Positions 11,132 to 21,001 of a DNA stretch of 64,000 bases are shown here, one piece after another. Numbering within the stretch: the first letter of the stretch is position 1; every line of letters begins with the position of its first letter. The stretch covers positions 704,001 to 768,000 of the forward strand of contig CAWBMV010000034.1 of the NCBI GenBank assembly GCA_963789955.1. Direction: 5' to 3'. A program made the translations under genes and the position numbers. Below the pieces are notes generated by a model. It saw nothing but the letters and a program-made list of their open reading frames with translations. It had not been told where the DNA came from and did no database searches. Source of the stretch: an uncultured Candidatus Rokubacteria bacterium. Lineage in GTDB: Bacteria; Methylomirabilota; Methylomirabilia; Rokubacteriales; CSP1-6.

Positions 11132-11893
11132 GCGCCGCTGGTGCATCTGCACCACGTGCCAGCCCGCGCGCTCGTCGTCCGTCGTTTCCGGCGCGCCTCC
11201 GCGCGAGGCGAGCCAGTAGGCGAGATCCCAGATCTCGTCGTCCTCGAGCACCTGGTAGTACGACGGCATCGGCGTCCCGTCGAGCCCGGTGAGCAGGGTG
11301 CGCACGATATCGCGCGCCGTCGGGCCGCTCTTGAGCGGGCGCCGCGTGAGGTCCGACGGCTTGATCGACAGATCCTTGGCCGACGGGCCGTCGCCGCGAG
11401 CGTCCTTGCCGTGGCACTCGGCGCACTCGCCCTTCACGTAGGCCTTCGCGCCGCGGGCCACCGCCTCCGGCGTCGTCGGCGGAGCGGTCGGGATCGCGAC
11501 GATCTTGGGCGACGGCATCGCGTCGAATCGTGGTGACAGGCTCTTGACGAACGCGATCACCGCCTGGACGTCGGCGTCGCTCAGGTGATTCTGCGGCACC
11601 ATGCCGGTGGAGGGGACGCCCTGGACGATCGTGCGGGCGAGATCGCCATCCGTCGGCACCTGACCGGAAGCCGTCGACCGGAACTTGAACCGTCCCTTGG
11701 TGAGATCGCGTGGCGGAGTCTTGAAGTGATTCGCCGCCATGCCCTGACCGTCGCCCGCGGCGCCGTGGCAGACCGCGCAGTTGTCGCGGAAGACGCGCTC
11801 GCCCACCGCGAGGTCGGGCGACTGTCCCGGGGCGCTCGCCGCCAGCCCGAAGACCGCGGCGACCAGGGCGAGCGCCCCGGGACGAACCGACAA
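11129..11893 (-). CDS. Di-heme cytochrome c
   Basis: Two CxxCH motifs (CAVCH, CAECH), each followed by GxGDG, PRDLT/PSDLT and a distal Met (TGMVP, TPMPS); signal peptide. Confidence 0.9.
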   Translation of the reverse strand: MSVRPGALALVAAVFGLAASAPGQSPDLAVGERVFRDNCAVCHGAAGDGQGMAANHFKTPPRDLTKGRFKFRSTASGQVPTDGDLARTIVQGVPSTGMVPQNHLSDADVQAVIAFVKSLSPRFDAMPSPKIVAIPTAPPTTPEAVARGAKAYVKGECAECHGKDARGDGPSAKDLSIKPSDLTRRPLKSGPTARDIVRTLLTGLDGTPMPSYYQVLEDDEIWDLAYWLASRGGAPETTDDERAGWHVVQMHQRR

Positions 11894-11898
11894 AGGAG

Positions 11899-12243
11899 CT
11901 ACTCGAGGACGACGAGCTGACCGACCACGTGCGCCGGGTGCAGCTGGCACTTGATCGGGAAGATGCCGGCCTTGTCGGCAACGAACTTCACGTTCGACGT
12001 CTTCTCGCCGGGCACGACTTCCTTCACGCCGAACGCGGCGATCTCGAACCCGTGCTCGTCGGCATGACGGTTCACGAGCTGGAGCATCACGGTGTCACCC
12101 TTCTTGGCGGTGATCGACGTGGGCTCCCAGATTTTCACGTCCTGCGGCGTCACGACGTTGACGATGCGCAGCGAGATCTCGCCGGCTTGCGCCGCGGCGA
12201 GGCCGAGCACGACGATGACCAGGGCGATCGAGAGCGCTCTCAT
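11899..12243 (-). CDS. Cupredoxin, nitrosocyanin-like
   Basis: Signal peptide; KKGD.V, HGFEIAAFGVKEV, FVADKAGIFPIKCQLHPAH; no axial Met. Confidence 0.8.
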   Translation of the reverse strand: MRALSIALVIVVLGLAAAQAGEISLRIVNVVTPQDVKIWEPTSITAKKGDTVMLQLVNRHADEHGFEIAAFGVKEVVPGEKTSNVKFVADKAGIFPIKCQLHPAHVVGQLVVLE

Positions 12244-13421
12244 CGCTTGAAGTCCTCCTTGGCCGCCTTCAGTTTGGCGGGCGAGGCGAGCAGGTCGAGC
12301 GCCGTGAGGGCCAGCGCCTTGGCTCCCGCCACCATGCCCGCGCGCGCGATCGGCGAACGCGCCCACTCGGCGAACTCGCGCGAGTGTCCCGGCACGCCGT
12401 CAGGGGAGATCCGGATGTATGGATGGATCGTCGGCAGCGCCTGACTCACGTTGCCGCAATCGGTCGAGCCGTAGCCGGCGTCGCCCTCGTCGGGATCGAC
12501 CGGGAAGCCGATCACGCCGAGGTTCTGCTCGAAGAGATCCGCCATCGTCGGGTTCGGCTTGAGCGGATCGTGAATGGTCGCCTCGGCGGTCACCTCGGCC
12601 CGGCAGCCCGTCGCCGCCGCGGCGCCCTCGGCGCACGCTTTGAACCGCCGCAGCAGCTCCATGCAGTAGTCCTTCGTGAGCGCGCGCAGGTAGAAATCGG
12701 CCCGGGTGTACTCCGGGATGATGTTCGGCTGGTCACCGCCCTTGACGATGATGCCGTGCACGCGGGCGTCGGGCCGGAGCTGCTGGCGCATCTGGTCGAG
12801 ACCGACGAAGAGCTGGATGACCGCGTTCAGCGCGTTCACGCCGCGCCAGGGCCACGACGACGCGTGCGTCGCCTTGCCGTGGAACTCGGCCTTGACCTTG
12901 ACGATGCCGAGCGACGGCCGCCATACTTGCGTCCCGCTGCGTCCGTGGATCATCATCGCGGCGTCGACGTCACGGAATACGCCCGCCTCCATCAGCCGCA
13001 CCTTGCCGGCGCCGCCTTCCTCGGCCGGCGTGCCGATCACCTGGATCCGCCCCGCGAACGGCAGGGTGCCGAGCGCCACGGCGAGCGCGGCGCCGGCGCC
13101 GGTACCCGCGGTCGCGATCACGTTGTGGCCGCAGGCGTGGCCGATGGACGGCAGCGCGTCGTACTCGGCCATGATCGCGACGGTCGGGCCCGCGCCGGAG
13201 CCCTCGATCGTGGCCCGAAACGCCGTCGGCAGGCCGCCGACGCCCCGCTCGACCCTGGCGCCGTGCTTCTCGAGGAATTCGGTGAGCCAGGCGTGCGCCT
13301 TCTCCTCGTTGAAGCAGAGCTCCGGGTTGTCGTGAATCCTGTGCGACAGCGCTTCGAGGTCGTCGGCGAGCCGGTCGACCGCGCCCGCGACCTTGTGCTT
13401 CACGTCACCCGGCGCGCTCAC
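12240..13421 (-). CDS. M20 family amidohydrolase (PM20D2/Acy1L2-like), copy 2
   Basis: IHDNPEL, AEYDALP.IGHACGHN, GTPAEEGG, GSTDCGNVS. Confidence 0.9.
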   Translation of the reverse strand: MSAPGDVKHKVAGAVDRLADDLEALSHRIHDNPELCFNEEKAHAWLTEFLEKHGARVERGVGGLPTAFRATIEGSGAGPTVAIMAEYDALPSIGHACGHNVIATAGTGAGAALAVALGTLPFAGRIQVIGTPAEEGGAGKVRLMEAGVFRDVDAAMMIHGRSGTQVWRPSLGIVKVKAEFHGKATHASSWPWRGVNALNAVIQLFVGLDQMRQQLRPDARVHGIIVKGGDQPNIIPEYTRADFYLRALTKDYCMELLRRFKACAEGAAAATGCRAEVTAEATIHDPLKPNPTMADLFEQNLGVIGFPVDPDEGDAGYGSTDCGNVSQALPTIHPYIRISPDGVPGHSREFAEWARSPIARAGMVAGAKALALTALDLLASPAKLKAAKEDFKR

Positions 13422-14590
13422 TTCGTCCTCTTGAACTCGTCCTGAGCGCGCTTGAGCAGACCCGGATCCGCCAGCAGGTCGAGGGTCGTCATGGCCATCG
13501 CCTTCGCCGCGGTGAGGGTACCGGTGCGCGCGAGCGGGGTCACCGCGGCCGCCTCGAAGGCGCGCGAGTGGATGGGCGTGTTGTCCGGCGCGATCTTCAT
13601 CAGCGGCTGGATCGTCGGGATGACCTGGCTCACGTTGCCCACGTCCGAGGATCCGAGCCGATCGACGAGGGGCGGCGCCTCGACGACGCCCAGCGACGTG
13701 ATGTTGGCGCGATAGGCGCCGAGCAGGGTCTCGTTGCGCTTCATCGGCTCGTAGACCGTGTCGTTGTGGGCGATCACCTTGACCGTGCAGCCGGTCGACT
13801 TCGCGGCGCCCTCGGCGCAGGCGATGACCTTCTTCTGCAGCTCCCACATGTAGTCGAGGTTCTTCGAGCGCACGTAGAACATGGCCGAGGCGAACTCCGG
13901 GATGATGTTCGGCGCCGCTCCGCCGTTCGTGATGATGCCGTGAATCCGCGCATCGGGGCGCACCTGCTGCCGGAGCATGCTGACGTTGTTGTACGTCTGG
14001 ATGGCGGCGTCGAGCGCGTTGACCCCTTCCCACGGATCGGCCGAGGCGTGCGCGGCCTTGCCGGTGAACTCGAAGCCGACCCGCACGATTCCGAGCAGAT
14101 CCATGTGGCCGACCCACTGATCGAAGCCGTGGACCATCATGGCCGCGTCCACGTCCTTGAACACGCCGGCCTGGATCAGCTTGACCTTGCCGCCTCCGCC
14201 CTCTTCGGCGGGCGTGCCGACCACGTGGATCCGTCCCTTCGGCAGCTTGTCGCGGACCGCGGCCAGCCCCGCGCCGGCCCCGGCTCCCGCGGTCGCGATC
14301 GCGTTGTGGCCGCACGCGTGGCCGATCGATGGCAGCGCGTCGTACTCGCACATGATCGCGATCGTCGGGCCCTCACCGGTTTCGATCGTCGCGCGAAACG
14401 CGGTCTCGACACCGGCCACGCCGCGCTCGACCTTGAACCCTTGTCCGGCGAGGAAGTCACCGAGCCAGCCGGCCGCCTTGACCTCCTGGTAGCAGAGTTC
14501 CGGATTGTCGTGGATCCGGTGAGAGAGCTTCTCGAGGTCGTCACCGAGGCGGTCGATCGCGGCGGCGATCGCGTCTTTGAGGGCGGTCAT
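13418..14590 (-). CDS. M20 family amidohydrolase (PM20D2/Acy1L2-like), copy 1
   Basis: IHDNPEL, CEYDALP.IGHACGHN, GTPAEEGG, GSSDVGNVS. Confidence 0.92.
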   Translation of the reverse strand: MTALKDAIAAAIDRLGDDLEKLSHRIHDNPELCYQEVKAAGWLGDFLAGQGFKVERGVAGVETAFRATIETGEGPTIAIMCEYDALPSIGHACGHNAIATAGAGAGAGLAAVRDKLPKGRIHVVGTPAEEGGGGKVKLIQAGVFKDVDAAMMVHGFDQWVGHMDLLGIVRVGFEFTGKAAHASADPWEGVNALDAAIQTYNNVSMLRQQVRPDARIHGIITNGGAAPNIIPEFASAMFYVRSKNLDYMWELQKKVIACAEGAAKSTGCTVKVIAHNDTVYEPMKRNETLLGAYRANITSLGVVEAPPLVDRLGSSDVGNVSQVIPTIQPLMKIAPDNTPIHSRAFEAAAVTPLARTGTLTAAKAMAMTTLDLLADPGLLKRAQDEFKRTK

Positions 14591-14694
14591 GTCAACTCTC
14601 CTGGCGAGCGGAATCGGGCCTGCCTGACAGGCGGTCAACTATACCACCGCCGATTCTGTTCGGCGGCCCGCCGGCCCCGCGCGGAAAGCTCGCG

Positions 14695-14991
14695 TCAGTC
14701 CTTCGCGAGTCCGGCGATCGGGACGGGTCGCATGGTCTCCAGCCCGATCCGGCGGCCCGTGACGTGTCGAACCTCACCGGCCACGGTGAACGAGCCGACC
14801 TCATCGCTCATGACGTCGATCCAGCAGACCTTGCCGCGCTTGAGCGCGGTCGTCGGCGCCACGGTCACCCAGAGACCGTTGCGGCTCGCGTCCCCGGCGC
14901 GCCCGAGAAGCGGCTCGTCGTCGACCCACAGACGCACGGGCCACGCGACGGGAATCCGGGGATGGCGTCGGCGCTCGGGCGTGGAGGTCAT
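14695..14991 (-). CDS. PilZ domain protein (c-di-GMP binding)
   Basis: ERRRHPR (RxxxR) and DASRNG (DxSxxG) motifs. Confidence 0.8.
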   Translation of the reverse strand: MTSTPERRRHPRIPVAWPVRLWVDDEPLLGRAGDASRNGLWVTVAPTTALKRGKVCWIDVMSDEVGSFTVAGEVRHVTGRRIGLETMRPVPIAGLAKD

Positions 14992-15162
14992 CGAATGGGT
15001 CGGGGGCGTCGGGTGAACGAGCGACGAGGCACGGTGTCCGTCGCGGGTGTACACGTTCCGTGCCACTGGCGAAGCGCTTGTCGCACAGGGGTTTCGGACG
15101 CGCCCGACGTGGCCGGCACGGCGAATCGTAAACTTCGTCGACGCTGTCATATACTGGGTTGA

Positions 15163-15549
15163 GTGACCAAGCGAGTCCTGATCGTCGACGACGAACCCCC
15201 GGTAGTCGAGGTCCTGAAGGATTTCTTCCGACAGTTCCGCCACGAGCACTCGTACGAGACCGAGTCGGCGAAGGATGGGGCGGAAGCGCTGATCGTTCTT
15301 CTGCGCGGGAGGTTCGATCTGATCCTTCTCGACATGCACATGCCTCGCATGGGCGGCCTGGAGCTCCTCAAGCAGATCCGCGGGCTCGGTGTGACCGTGC
15401 CGATCATCATGATCACTGCCAACGCGGACACGCGGGCCGCGGCCGAGGCGCTGGGCGGCGGCGTGTTCGCCTACATCCCGAAGCCGTTCGACATCCGCCA
15501 CCTCGACCACCTCGTCGCGCTCGCCATCTCGACCGCAACGCCGAAGTGA
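15163..15549 (+). CDS. Single-domain response regulator
   Basis: LIVDDE, LLDMHMPRMGG, IIMITA, KPF. Confidence 0.9.
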   Translation: MTKRVLIVDDEPPVVEVLKDFFRQFRHEHSYETESAKDGAEALIVLLRGRFDLILLDMHMPRMGGLELLKQIRGLGVTVPIIMITANADTRAAAEALGGGVFAYIPKPFDIRHLDHLVALAISTATPK

Positions 15550-15550
15550 A

Positions 15551-16453
15551 GTGACGGGCTCTCCGCGCCGCCGCGAGGCGCCGGGCGAGCGCTACGTGGT
15601 CATCGGCGCCACCGGCCAGCTCGGCTCCGATCTCGTCAGGACCTTCGACCGACCCGGCGAGCTCACGCCCCTCAGCACGCGCGACGTCGACATCCTCGAC
15701 CCTGCCGCCACGCGCTCGACGCTCGAGACGCTACGGCCGACCTGTGTCCTCAATACCGCGGCCTACAATCTGGTCGACCGCGCCGAGGAGGACGGGCGTA
15801 GCGCGTTCGCGCTGAATGCCGAGGCCGTCGGCTCGCTCGCCGACGTCTGCCAGTCGATCGGTGCGCGGCTCGTGCACTTCTCCACCGACTACGTGTTCGA
15901 CGGCGCCAAGCGCACGCCCTATCTCGAGACCGACCCGCCCCGGCCGCTGAGCGTCTACGGCGAGTCGAAGCTCGCGGGCGAGCGGCTGGCGCTCGAGCGT
16001 TGCGAGCGCGCGGTCGTCTTCCGCGTGTGCGGTCTGTTCGGCCTGGCCGGGTTCCTGGGCAAGGGAAAGGGCAACTTCGTCGAGACCATGCTGCGCGTCG
16101 GCCGCGAGGGACGACCGCTGCGCGTGGTCTCGGATCAGGTGCTGTGCCCGAGCTACACGCTCGATCTCGCGCGCAAGGTCTGGGCCGTGCTCCCGAAAGC
16201 GACCCACCCGGTGTACCACCTGACCAACGCCGGACAGACGAGCTGGTACGACTTCGCGCGGCGCAGTCTCGAGCTCGCGGGCGTGGCGGCCGATCTCACG
16301 CCGGTGACCGCGGCCGAGTACGGCGCCAGAGCTCGGCGGCCGGCCTACTCCGTGCTCGCCCACGCCAACCTCGCCGCGCTCGGCGAGGACGATCTGCGAC
16401 CCTGGGATCAGGCGCTGGTCGCCTACGTCGCCGAGCGGTCGTCGTCCCGGTAG
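15551..16453 (+). CDS. rfbD: dTDP-4-dehydrorhamnose reductase
   Basis: GATGQLG, HFSTDYVFDG, PLSVYGESKLAGE, ARRPAYS. Confidence 0.93.
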   Translation: MTGSPRRREAPGERYVVIGATGQLGSDLVRTFDRPGELTPLSTRDVDILDPAATRSTLETLRPTCVLNTAAYNLVDRAEEDGRSAFALNAEAVGSLADVCQSIGARLVHFSTDYVFDGAKRTPYLETDPPRPLSVYGESKLAGERLALERCERAVVFRVCGLFGLAGFLGKGKGNFVETMLRVGREGRPLRVVSDQVLCPSYTLDLARKVWAVLPKATHPVYHLTNAGQTSWYDFARRSLELAGVAADLTPVTAAEYGARARRPAYSVLAHANLAALGEDDLRPWDQALVAYVAERSSSR

Positions 16454-17307
16454 CGCTCCGCCAGCGCGAGCTGGGCCGTCACCCCGATCAGCTCGTTGAA
16501 GTCGCCGAACGGCATGTAGCGGTCGGCCAGCGCGCGGACGTCGTCGCGCGCCTTCGCCTGGGCGAGAAACGCGCGGATCGCCTGGACCGCGACGAGCAAG
16601 GTGTCGACCGGGAGCAGGATGATGGCGAACCCGAGCTCGCGAAGCCTCGCGAATGGCAGGAGCGGCGAGCGCCCGCCGGGCGCGTAGTTGTAGAGGAGCG
16701 GGGTCCGGAAGGCGCGCGCGACTTCCTCGACCTGGGCTTCGGTGCGGGGCGCCTCGATGAAGAGCACGTCCGCGCCGGCCTTCGCCGCCGCCTCGCCGCG
16801 CCGAAGCGCCTCGTCCAGGTCGACGGCGGAGATCGCGTCGGTGCGCGCGATGATCATCATGTTCGGATCGGTTCGCGCCTCGACCGCCGCGCGGATCTTG
16901 CCCACGAACTCGCTCCGCGGAACGATCTGGTGCCCGGACAGGTGGCCGCAGCGCTTCGGGGTGATCTGATCCTCGATGTGGAGCGCCGCCACGCCGGCCG
17001 CCTCGTACATCTGCACGGTGCGCCGGACGTTCAACGCGTTGCCGTAGCCGGTGTCCGCGTCGGCGATCAGCGGGACGTCGAGGATCGCGGCCAGGTTGCG
17101 CGCATGATCGGCCATCTCGCCGAGCCCGGCGAATCCGAGATCGGGGAGACCGAGCCGGGACGCCGCCGTGCCGTAGCCGGTCATGTACACGGCCGGGAAT
17201 CCGGCGTCCTGAACGAGCCGCGCCGAAATCCCGTCGTAGGCGCCCGGGACGACGAGCCCTTGCTTCTTGGACACGAGCTCGCGAAGCGCGGCCCGGCGAT
17301 CCGTCAT
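16423..17307 (-). CDS. Isocitrate lyase/PEP mutase family C-C lyase (methylisocitrate lyase/oxaloacetate decarboxylase-like)
   Basis: GLPDLG, IADADTGYG, IEDQ..PKRCGH, IARTDA. Confidence 0.88.
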   Translation of the reverse strand: MTDRRAALRELVSKKQGLVVPGAYDGISARLVQDAGFPAVYMTGYGTAASRLGLPDLGFAGLGEMADHARNLAAILDVPLIADADTGYGNALNVRRTVQMYEAAGVAALHIEDQITPKRCGHLSGHQIVPRSEFVGKIRAAVEARTDPNMMIIARTDAISAVDLDEALRRGEAAAKAGADVLFIEAPRTEAQVEEVARAFRTPLLYNYAPGGRSPLLPFARLRELGFAIILLPVDTLLVAVQAIRAFLAQAKARDDVRALADRYMPFGDFNELIGVTAQLALAERYRDDDRSAT

Positions 17308-18398
17308 GCGCGTCCTCCTCGCTCGGCGCGAGCGATCCGGCGCTCGAGCGCCGGGTGCGAATAGAGAAAGATCTCCTTGAGTCGGCTCGGGCGGCGCTCG
17401 GCGAGATTCAGTCCGCCGAGCCGCTCCATCGCCCCGATGAACGCGCGCGCGTTGCCGGTGGTGGCCAGCGCGAAGTCGTCGGCCTGTCGCTCGATCCAGC
17501 GTGAGAAGCCGTTCGCGAGCGGGAGCTGGACCAGGCCGAGCGCCATCACCACGAGCGCGAGCCACGGGAGCCCGGCCGGATCGGCCGGCCCGGAGAGGCC
17601 GAGGAGCGCGACGCCGAGGTCGAGCCCGAGCGCGGCGAGCCACATGGTGACGATCGTCAGCACGCTGTTGACCAGAAGCCCGCGGCGCATGTCGCCGTGC
17701 GCGTGGTGTCCCAGCTCGTGGGCGAGGACGGATTCGATCTCTTCGGGCCGAAACTCGGCGAGCAAGGTGTCGAAGAGAATGATCCGCCGCGTGCGGCCGA
17801 GCCCGACGACCGCGGCATTGGCGGTGCGGCTCTTCCTCGACTGGTCGGCGACGAAGACGCCGATCGCCGCCACCCCGGCCTGTCGCGCGAGCGCCAGCAG
17901 CCGATCGCGGAGGCCGCTGTCGGCGAGCGGCGTCAGACGATAGAAGAGCGGAACGATCCAGATCGGCACCAGCGCGGCCATCGCGATCTGCGCCGCGATG
18001 AAGATCGCCGCCGCGACGATCCACCAGAGCGGCGTCAGCGCGAGGAGCGTGTAGACGATCTCGACCGCCGCGAGCCCGAGCGCCCCGCCGATCAGCGCGG
18101 CCTTCAGGTGATCGGCGAGCCAGCCGCCGAGGGGCTGGTGGAGCAGCCCGAAGCGGCGCGGCAACCAGAACCCTCGGATCAGCTTCAGCGGAAGGGTGAG
18201 CACGCCTTGCCCGGCGCCGAGCGCGAGTGCGACCAGCGCGACCTGCCCCCAGCGCGCCGTCGTGACGCGCGCCGCCGCCCGCGCCAGGCTGTGACCTGCG
18301 TCCGTGAAGATCAGCGCGAGCAGGTACGCGATCGAGAGGCCGAGGCCGAGGAGCGACAGGAAGAGCTGGAGGCGATGGTAGCGATCGGCGTCGGCCAT
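17304..18398 (-). CDS. M48 family membrane metallopeptidase (Ste24-like)
   Basis: LAHELGH, ERQADDFA, YSHPALERRI; several TM segments. Confidence 0.9.
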   Translation of the reverse strand: MADADRYHRLQLFLSLLGLGLSIAYLLALIFTDAGHSLARAAARVTTARWGQVALVALALGAGQGVLTLPLKLIRGFWLPRRFGLLHQPLGGWLADHLKAALIGGALGLAAVEIVYTLLALTPLWWIVAAAIFIAAQIAMAALVPIWIVPLFYRLTPLADSGLRDRLLALARQAGVAAIGVFVADQSRKSRTANAAVVGLGRTRRIILFDTLLAEFRPEEIESVLAHELGHHAHGDMRRGLLVNSVLTIVTMWLAALGLDLGVALLGLSGPADPAGLPWLALVVMALGLVQLPLANGFSRWIERQADDFALATTGNARAFIGAMERLGGLNLAERRPSRLKEIFLYSHPALERRIARAERGGRA

Positions 18399-18485
18399 GT
18401 GGCATTGTACACGTCCGGTCCGGCGGGCCTGGAGTCGGCGAAATGCCTGCTACAATGGCCGAAACTCGGGAGCAAGGGAGCCATC

Positions 18486-19394
18486 ATGTTCGAGTCCGTC
18501 GAGGAGGTCCAGAAGCGGTTCAGGGACGCGCGGTACATCGCGAGCCGCCGTGTGTCCACCGTCGTATTCCTGGCCGCGCGGATGGGTCGTCCGGTCCTCA
18601 TCGAGGGCCCGGCCGGAGTCGGCAAGACCGAGCTGGCGAAGACGCTGTCGGAGATCACGTCGCGACCGCTCATCCGTCTGCAATGCTACGAGGGACTCGA
18701 CGAGGGCAAGGCTCTCTACGAGTGGAAGTACGCCAAGCAGCTGCTCTACACGCAGCTCCTGCGCGAGCGTATCGGGGAGCTGATCGCCGACACGCCCTCG
18801 CTCCCGGACGCGGTGGCGAAGATCGCCGGCCAGGAGGACGCGTTCTTCTCGTTCCGGTTCCTCTCGCCGCGTCCGCTGCTCTCGGCGATCCAGGCCGATG
18901 AGCCGGTCGTCCTGCTCGTCGACGAGATCGATAAGGCCGAGCCCGAGTTCGAGGCGTTCTTGCTCGAGGTACTCTCGGACTTCCAGGTGTCGGTGCCCGA
19001 GCTCGGGACCGTGAAAGCCAAGCACATCCCGCTCGTCGTCCTCACCTCGAACAACGCACGCGAGCTCTCGGACGGGCTCAAGCGGCGGTGCCTGCACCTC
19101 TTCATCGACTTTCCGTCGGCGGCCGACGAGCTGCAGATCATCCGTTTGAAAGTTCCGGAGATCCCGGATCAGCTCGCGCGGGCCGTGGTCGCCGCGGTCC
19201 AGAAGATCCGCGCGATGGATCTTCGGAAGCTCCCGTCGGTCTCGGAGTCGCTGGATTGGGCGCGCTCGCTCGTGATCCTGAACGCGCGCGAGCTCGATCC
19301 GGGTATCGTCGAGTCGACTTTGACGATGCTGGTGAAGCACGAGAAGGACCTCGAGCGCGTCAAGGGCTCGCTCGACAAGGTCCTGGCGGAGTAG
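18486..19394 (+). CDS. MoxR family AAA+ ATPase (CoxD-like)
   Basis: EGPAGVGKT, RLQCYEGLD, LLVDEIDK, LSDGLKRRC. Confidence 0.92.
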   Translation: MFESVEEVQKRFRDARYIASRRVSTVVFLAARMGRPVLIEGPAGVGKTELAKTLSEITSRPLIRLQCYEGLDEGKALYEWKYAKQLLYTQLLRERIGELIADTPSLPDAVAKIAGQEDAFFSFRFLSPRPLLSAIQADEPVVLLVDEIDKAEPEFEAFLLEVLSDFQVSVPELGTVKAKHIPLVVLTSNNARELSDGLKRRCLHLFIDFPSAADELQIIRLKVPEIPDQLARAVVAAVQKIRAMDLRKLPSVSESLDWARSLVILNARELDPGIVESTLTMLVKHEKDLERVKGSLDKVLAE

Positions 19395-19398
19395 CGCC

Positions 19399-20808
19399 CT
19401 GGACCAGCGAATCCTCGAGTTCATCGGCGACCTCCGGCGCGCCGAGATCCGGATCTCGCCGTCGGAAGCGCTCGATGCGCTCGCCGCGAGCGCCGAGGTG
19501 GGGCTCGCCGACCGCGAGACGTTCAAGGCGACGCTCGCGGCCACCCTGATCAAGGAATTCCGCGATCACCCGACCTTCGATCGACTGTTCAACCTGTACT
19601 TCCTCGACCTCGAGGCGCTCGGCGAAGGGCTCAAGAAGGCCCTCGGCCCCGAGGATCCGCGCGTGCAGGACATGCTCGACGAGCTCATGGCGGACGAGAA
19701 CATGGAGCTCGACGAGCTGACCGAGCTGCTCATGCGCGGGCAGGGCAGCGAGATGGAAATGGCCATCCGCTCCGGTGGCCAGAACGCCGGGCTCGAGCGG
19801 CTCATGTACTTCTTGCAGGTCGGCTTCTTCTCGCGCCGGATCTCGGACAAGTTCGACTGGTCGGCCATCGAGGGCGATCTCGAGCGGATCATGAAAGCGC
19901 TCGAGGCGAAAGGGCTCGACCCCGGCCAGCTGGCGCGGATCCGGAACTATCTCGAGCTCCGGCTCGAAGCGTTCAAGCGCATGATCCGCCAGCACGTCGA
20001 GCGCGAGCTGGAGCGGCGCGCGTACCGCCAGGGCGAGAAGCTCACGCGTGAGGTCCTCGCCGACAAGCCGCTCTTCGCCCTGACCCCGGACGAGATCGCG
20101 CAGATGAAGAACGTCGTCGCCCGGCTGGCGCGCAAGATCAAGGACGCGCTGGCGATGCGCCAGCGGCAGGAGCATAAGGGGCGCCTCGATTCGCGGCGGA
20201 CCACGCGCAAGAGCCTGCAGTACGGCGGCGTGCCGATGGAGATCTTCCTCAAGCGCCGGCATCGCGAGAAGCCGCGGCTGATCACGATCTGCGACGTGTC
20301 GGACTCGGTCCGCAACGCCTCGCGCTTCATGCTGCAGCTGGTCTGGAGTCTCCAGGAGTGCTTCAGTCGCGTGCGCTCGTATGTGTTCGTCTCCGAGATC
20401 GCGGAGGTCACCCAGGCGTTCAACACCTATCCGGTCGAGCGCGCCATCGAGTGGGCGCTCAAGGGCGCGCCGGTCGACTACCACTGCCGGTCGGACTTCG
20501 GCTTCGCCTTCAACCAGTTCACGAAGACGGAGCTCGAGTCGCTCGACCGCAAGACGACGATCCTCATGCTCGGCGACGCGCGCAACAACTACAACGATCC
20601 GCAGGCGTGGGCGTTGCGACTCATTCGCGAACGCGTGAAGGGCATCATCTGGCTGAATCCGGAAGGGCAGTGGGGCTGGGGCATCGGCGACAGCGTCATG
20701 CCGCTCTACGCGCCGTCGTGTGACTTCGTTCGCGAGTGTCGAACGATCGGCCAGCTCGGTGAGGTCGTCGACAACCTCGTGCACCACTGGTGGCGTCGAG
20801 GCCGCTAG
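19399..20808 (+). CDS. VWA domain protein (CoxE-like); apparent CTG start
   Basis: CDVSDS MIDAS-like motif, LGDARNNY, WLNPE..W..GDS; frame is open back to CTG at 19399 (DQRILEFIGDLRR). Confidence 0.85.
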   Translation: MDQRILEFIGDLRRAEIRISPSEALDALAASAEVGLADRETFKATLAATLIKEFRDHPTFDRLFNLYFLDLEALGEGLKKALGPEDPRVQDMLDELMADENMELDELTELLMRGQGSEMEMAIRSGGQNAGLERLMYFLQVGFFSRRISDKFDWSAIEGDLERIMKALEAKGLDPGQLARIRNYLELRLEAFKRMIRQHVERELERRAYRQGEKLTREVLADKPLFALTPDEIAQMKNVVARLARKIKDALAMRQRQEHKGRLDSRRTTRKSLQYGGVPMEIFLKRRHREKPRLITICDVSDSVRNASRFMLQLVWSLQECFSRVRSYVFVSEIAEVTQAFNTYPVERAIEWALKGAPVDYHCRSDFGFAFNQFTKTELESLDRKTTILMLGDARNNYNDPQAWALRLIRERVKGIIWLNPEGQWGWGIGDSVMPLYAPSCDFVRECRTIGQLGEVVDNLVHHWWRRGR

Positions 20809-20972
20809 CTCGAATCGAGCCAGCCCGAGATCAGTTCGTCGCCACTGGCCGTCTTTTTCCGGTTTTTCCGCTGACGAATTTCGCCAGTTCCTGCCGTTCA
20901 GTCGCGCCGATTTGACTCACGTACGCGGCTAAGTCCGCGTGTATGCCCCGATTCGGACGCGCTTCTCCTCGG

Positions 20973-20988
20973 TGGCATCGTCACTGCA
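20973..20988 (+). promoter_or_regulatory. Possible sigma54 (-24/-12) promoter
   Basis: TGGCATCGTCACTGCA has GG-N10-GC spacing, just upstream of the surface-protein start. Confidence 0.45.
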
Positions 20989-21001
20989 CTACGAGAGCGG
21001 C

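Noticed and set aside
16423..17307. PEP mutase, implying phosphonate biosynthesis near the phn island
   Set aside because: The active-site loop is PKRCGH (lyase type), not the PEP mutase EDKxxxxxNS motif, and no phosphonate biosynthesis genes are adjacent
18486..20808. CO dehydrogenase (cox) cluster
   Set aside because: Only the MoxR/VWA chaperone pair is present; there are no coxLMS genes in the window
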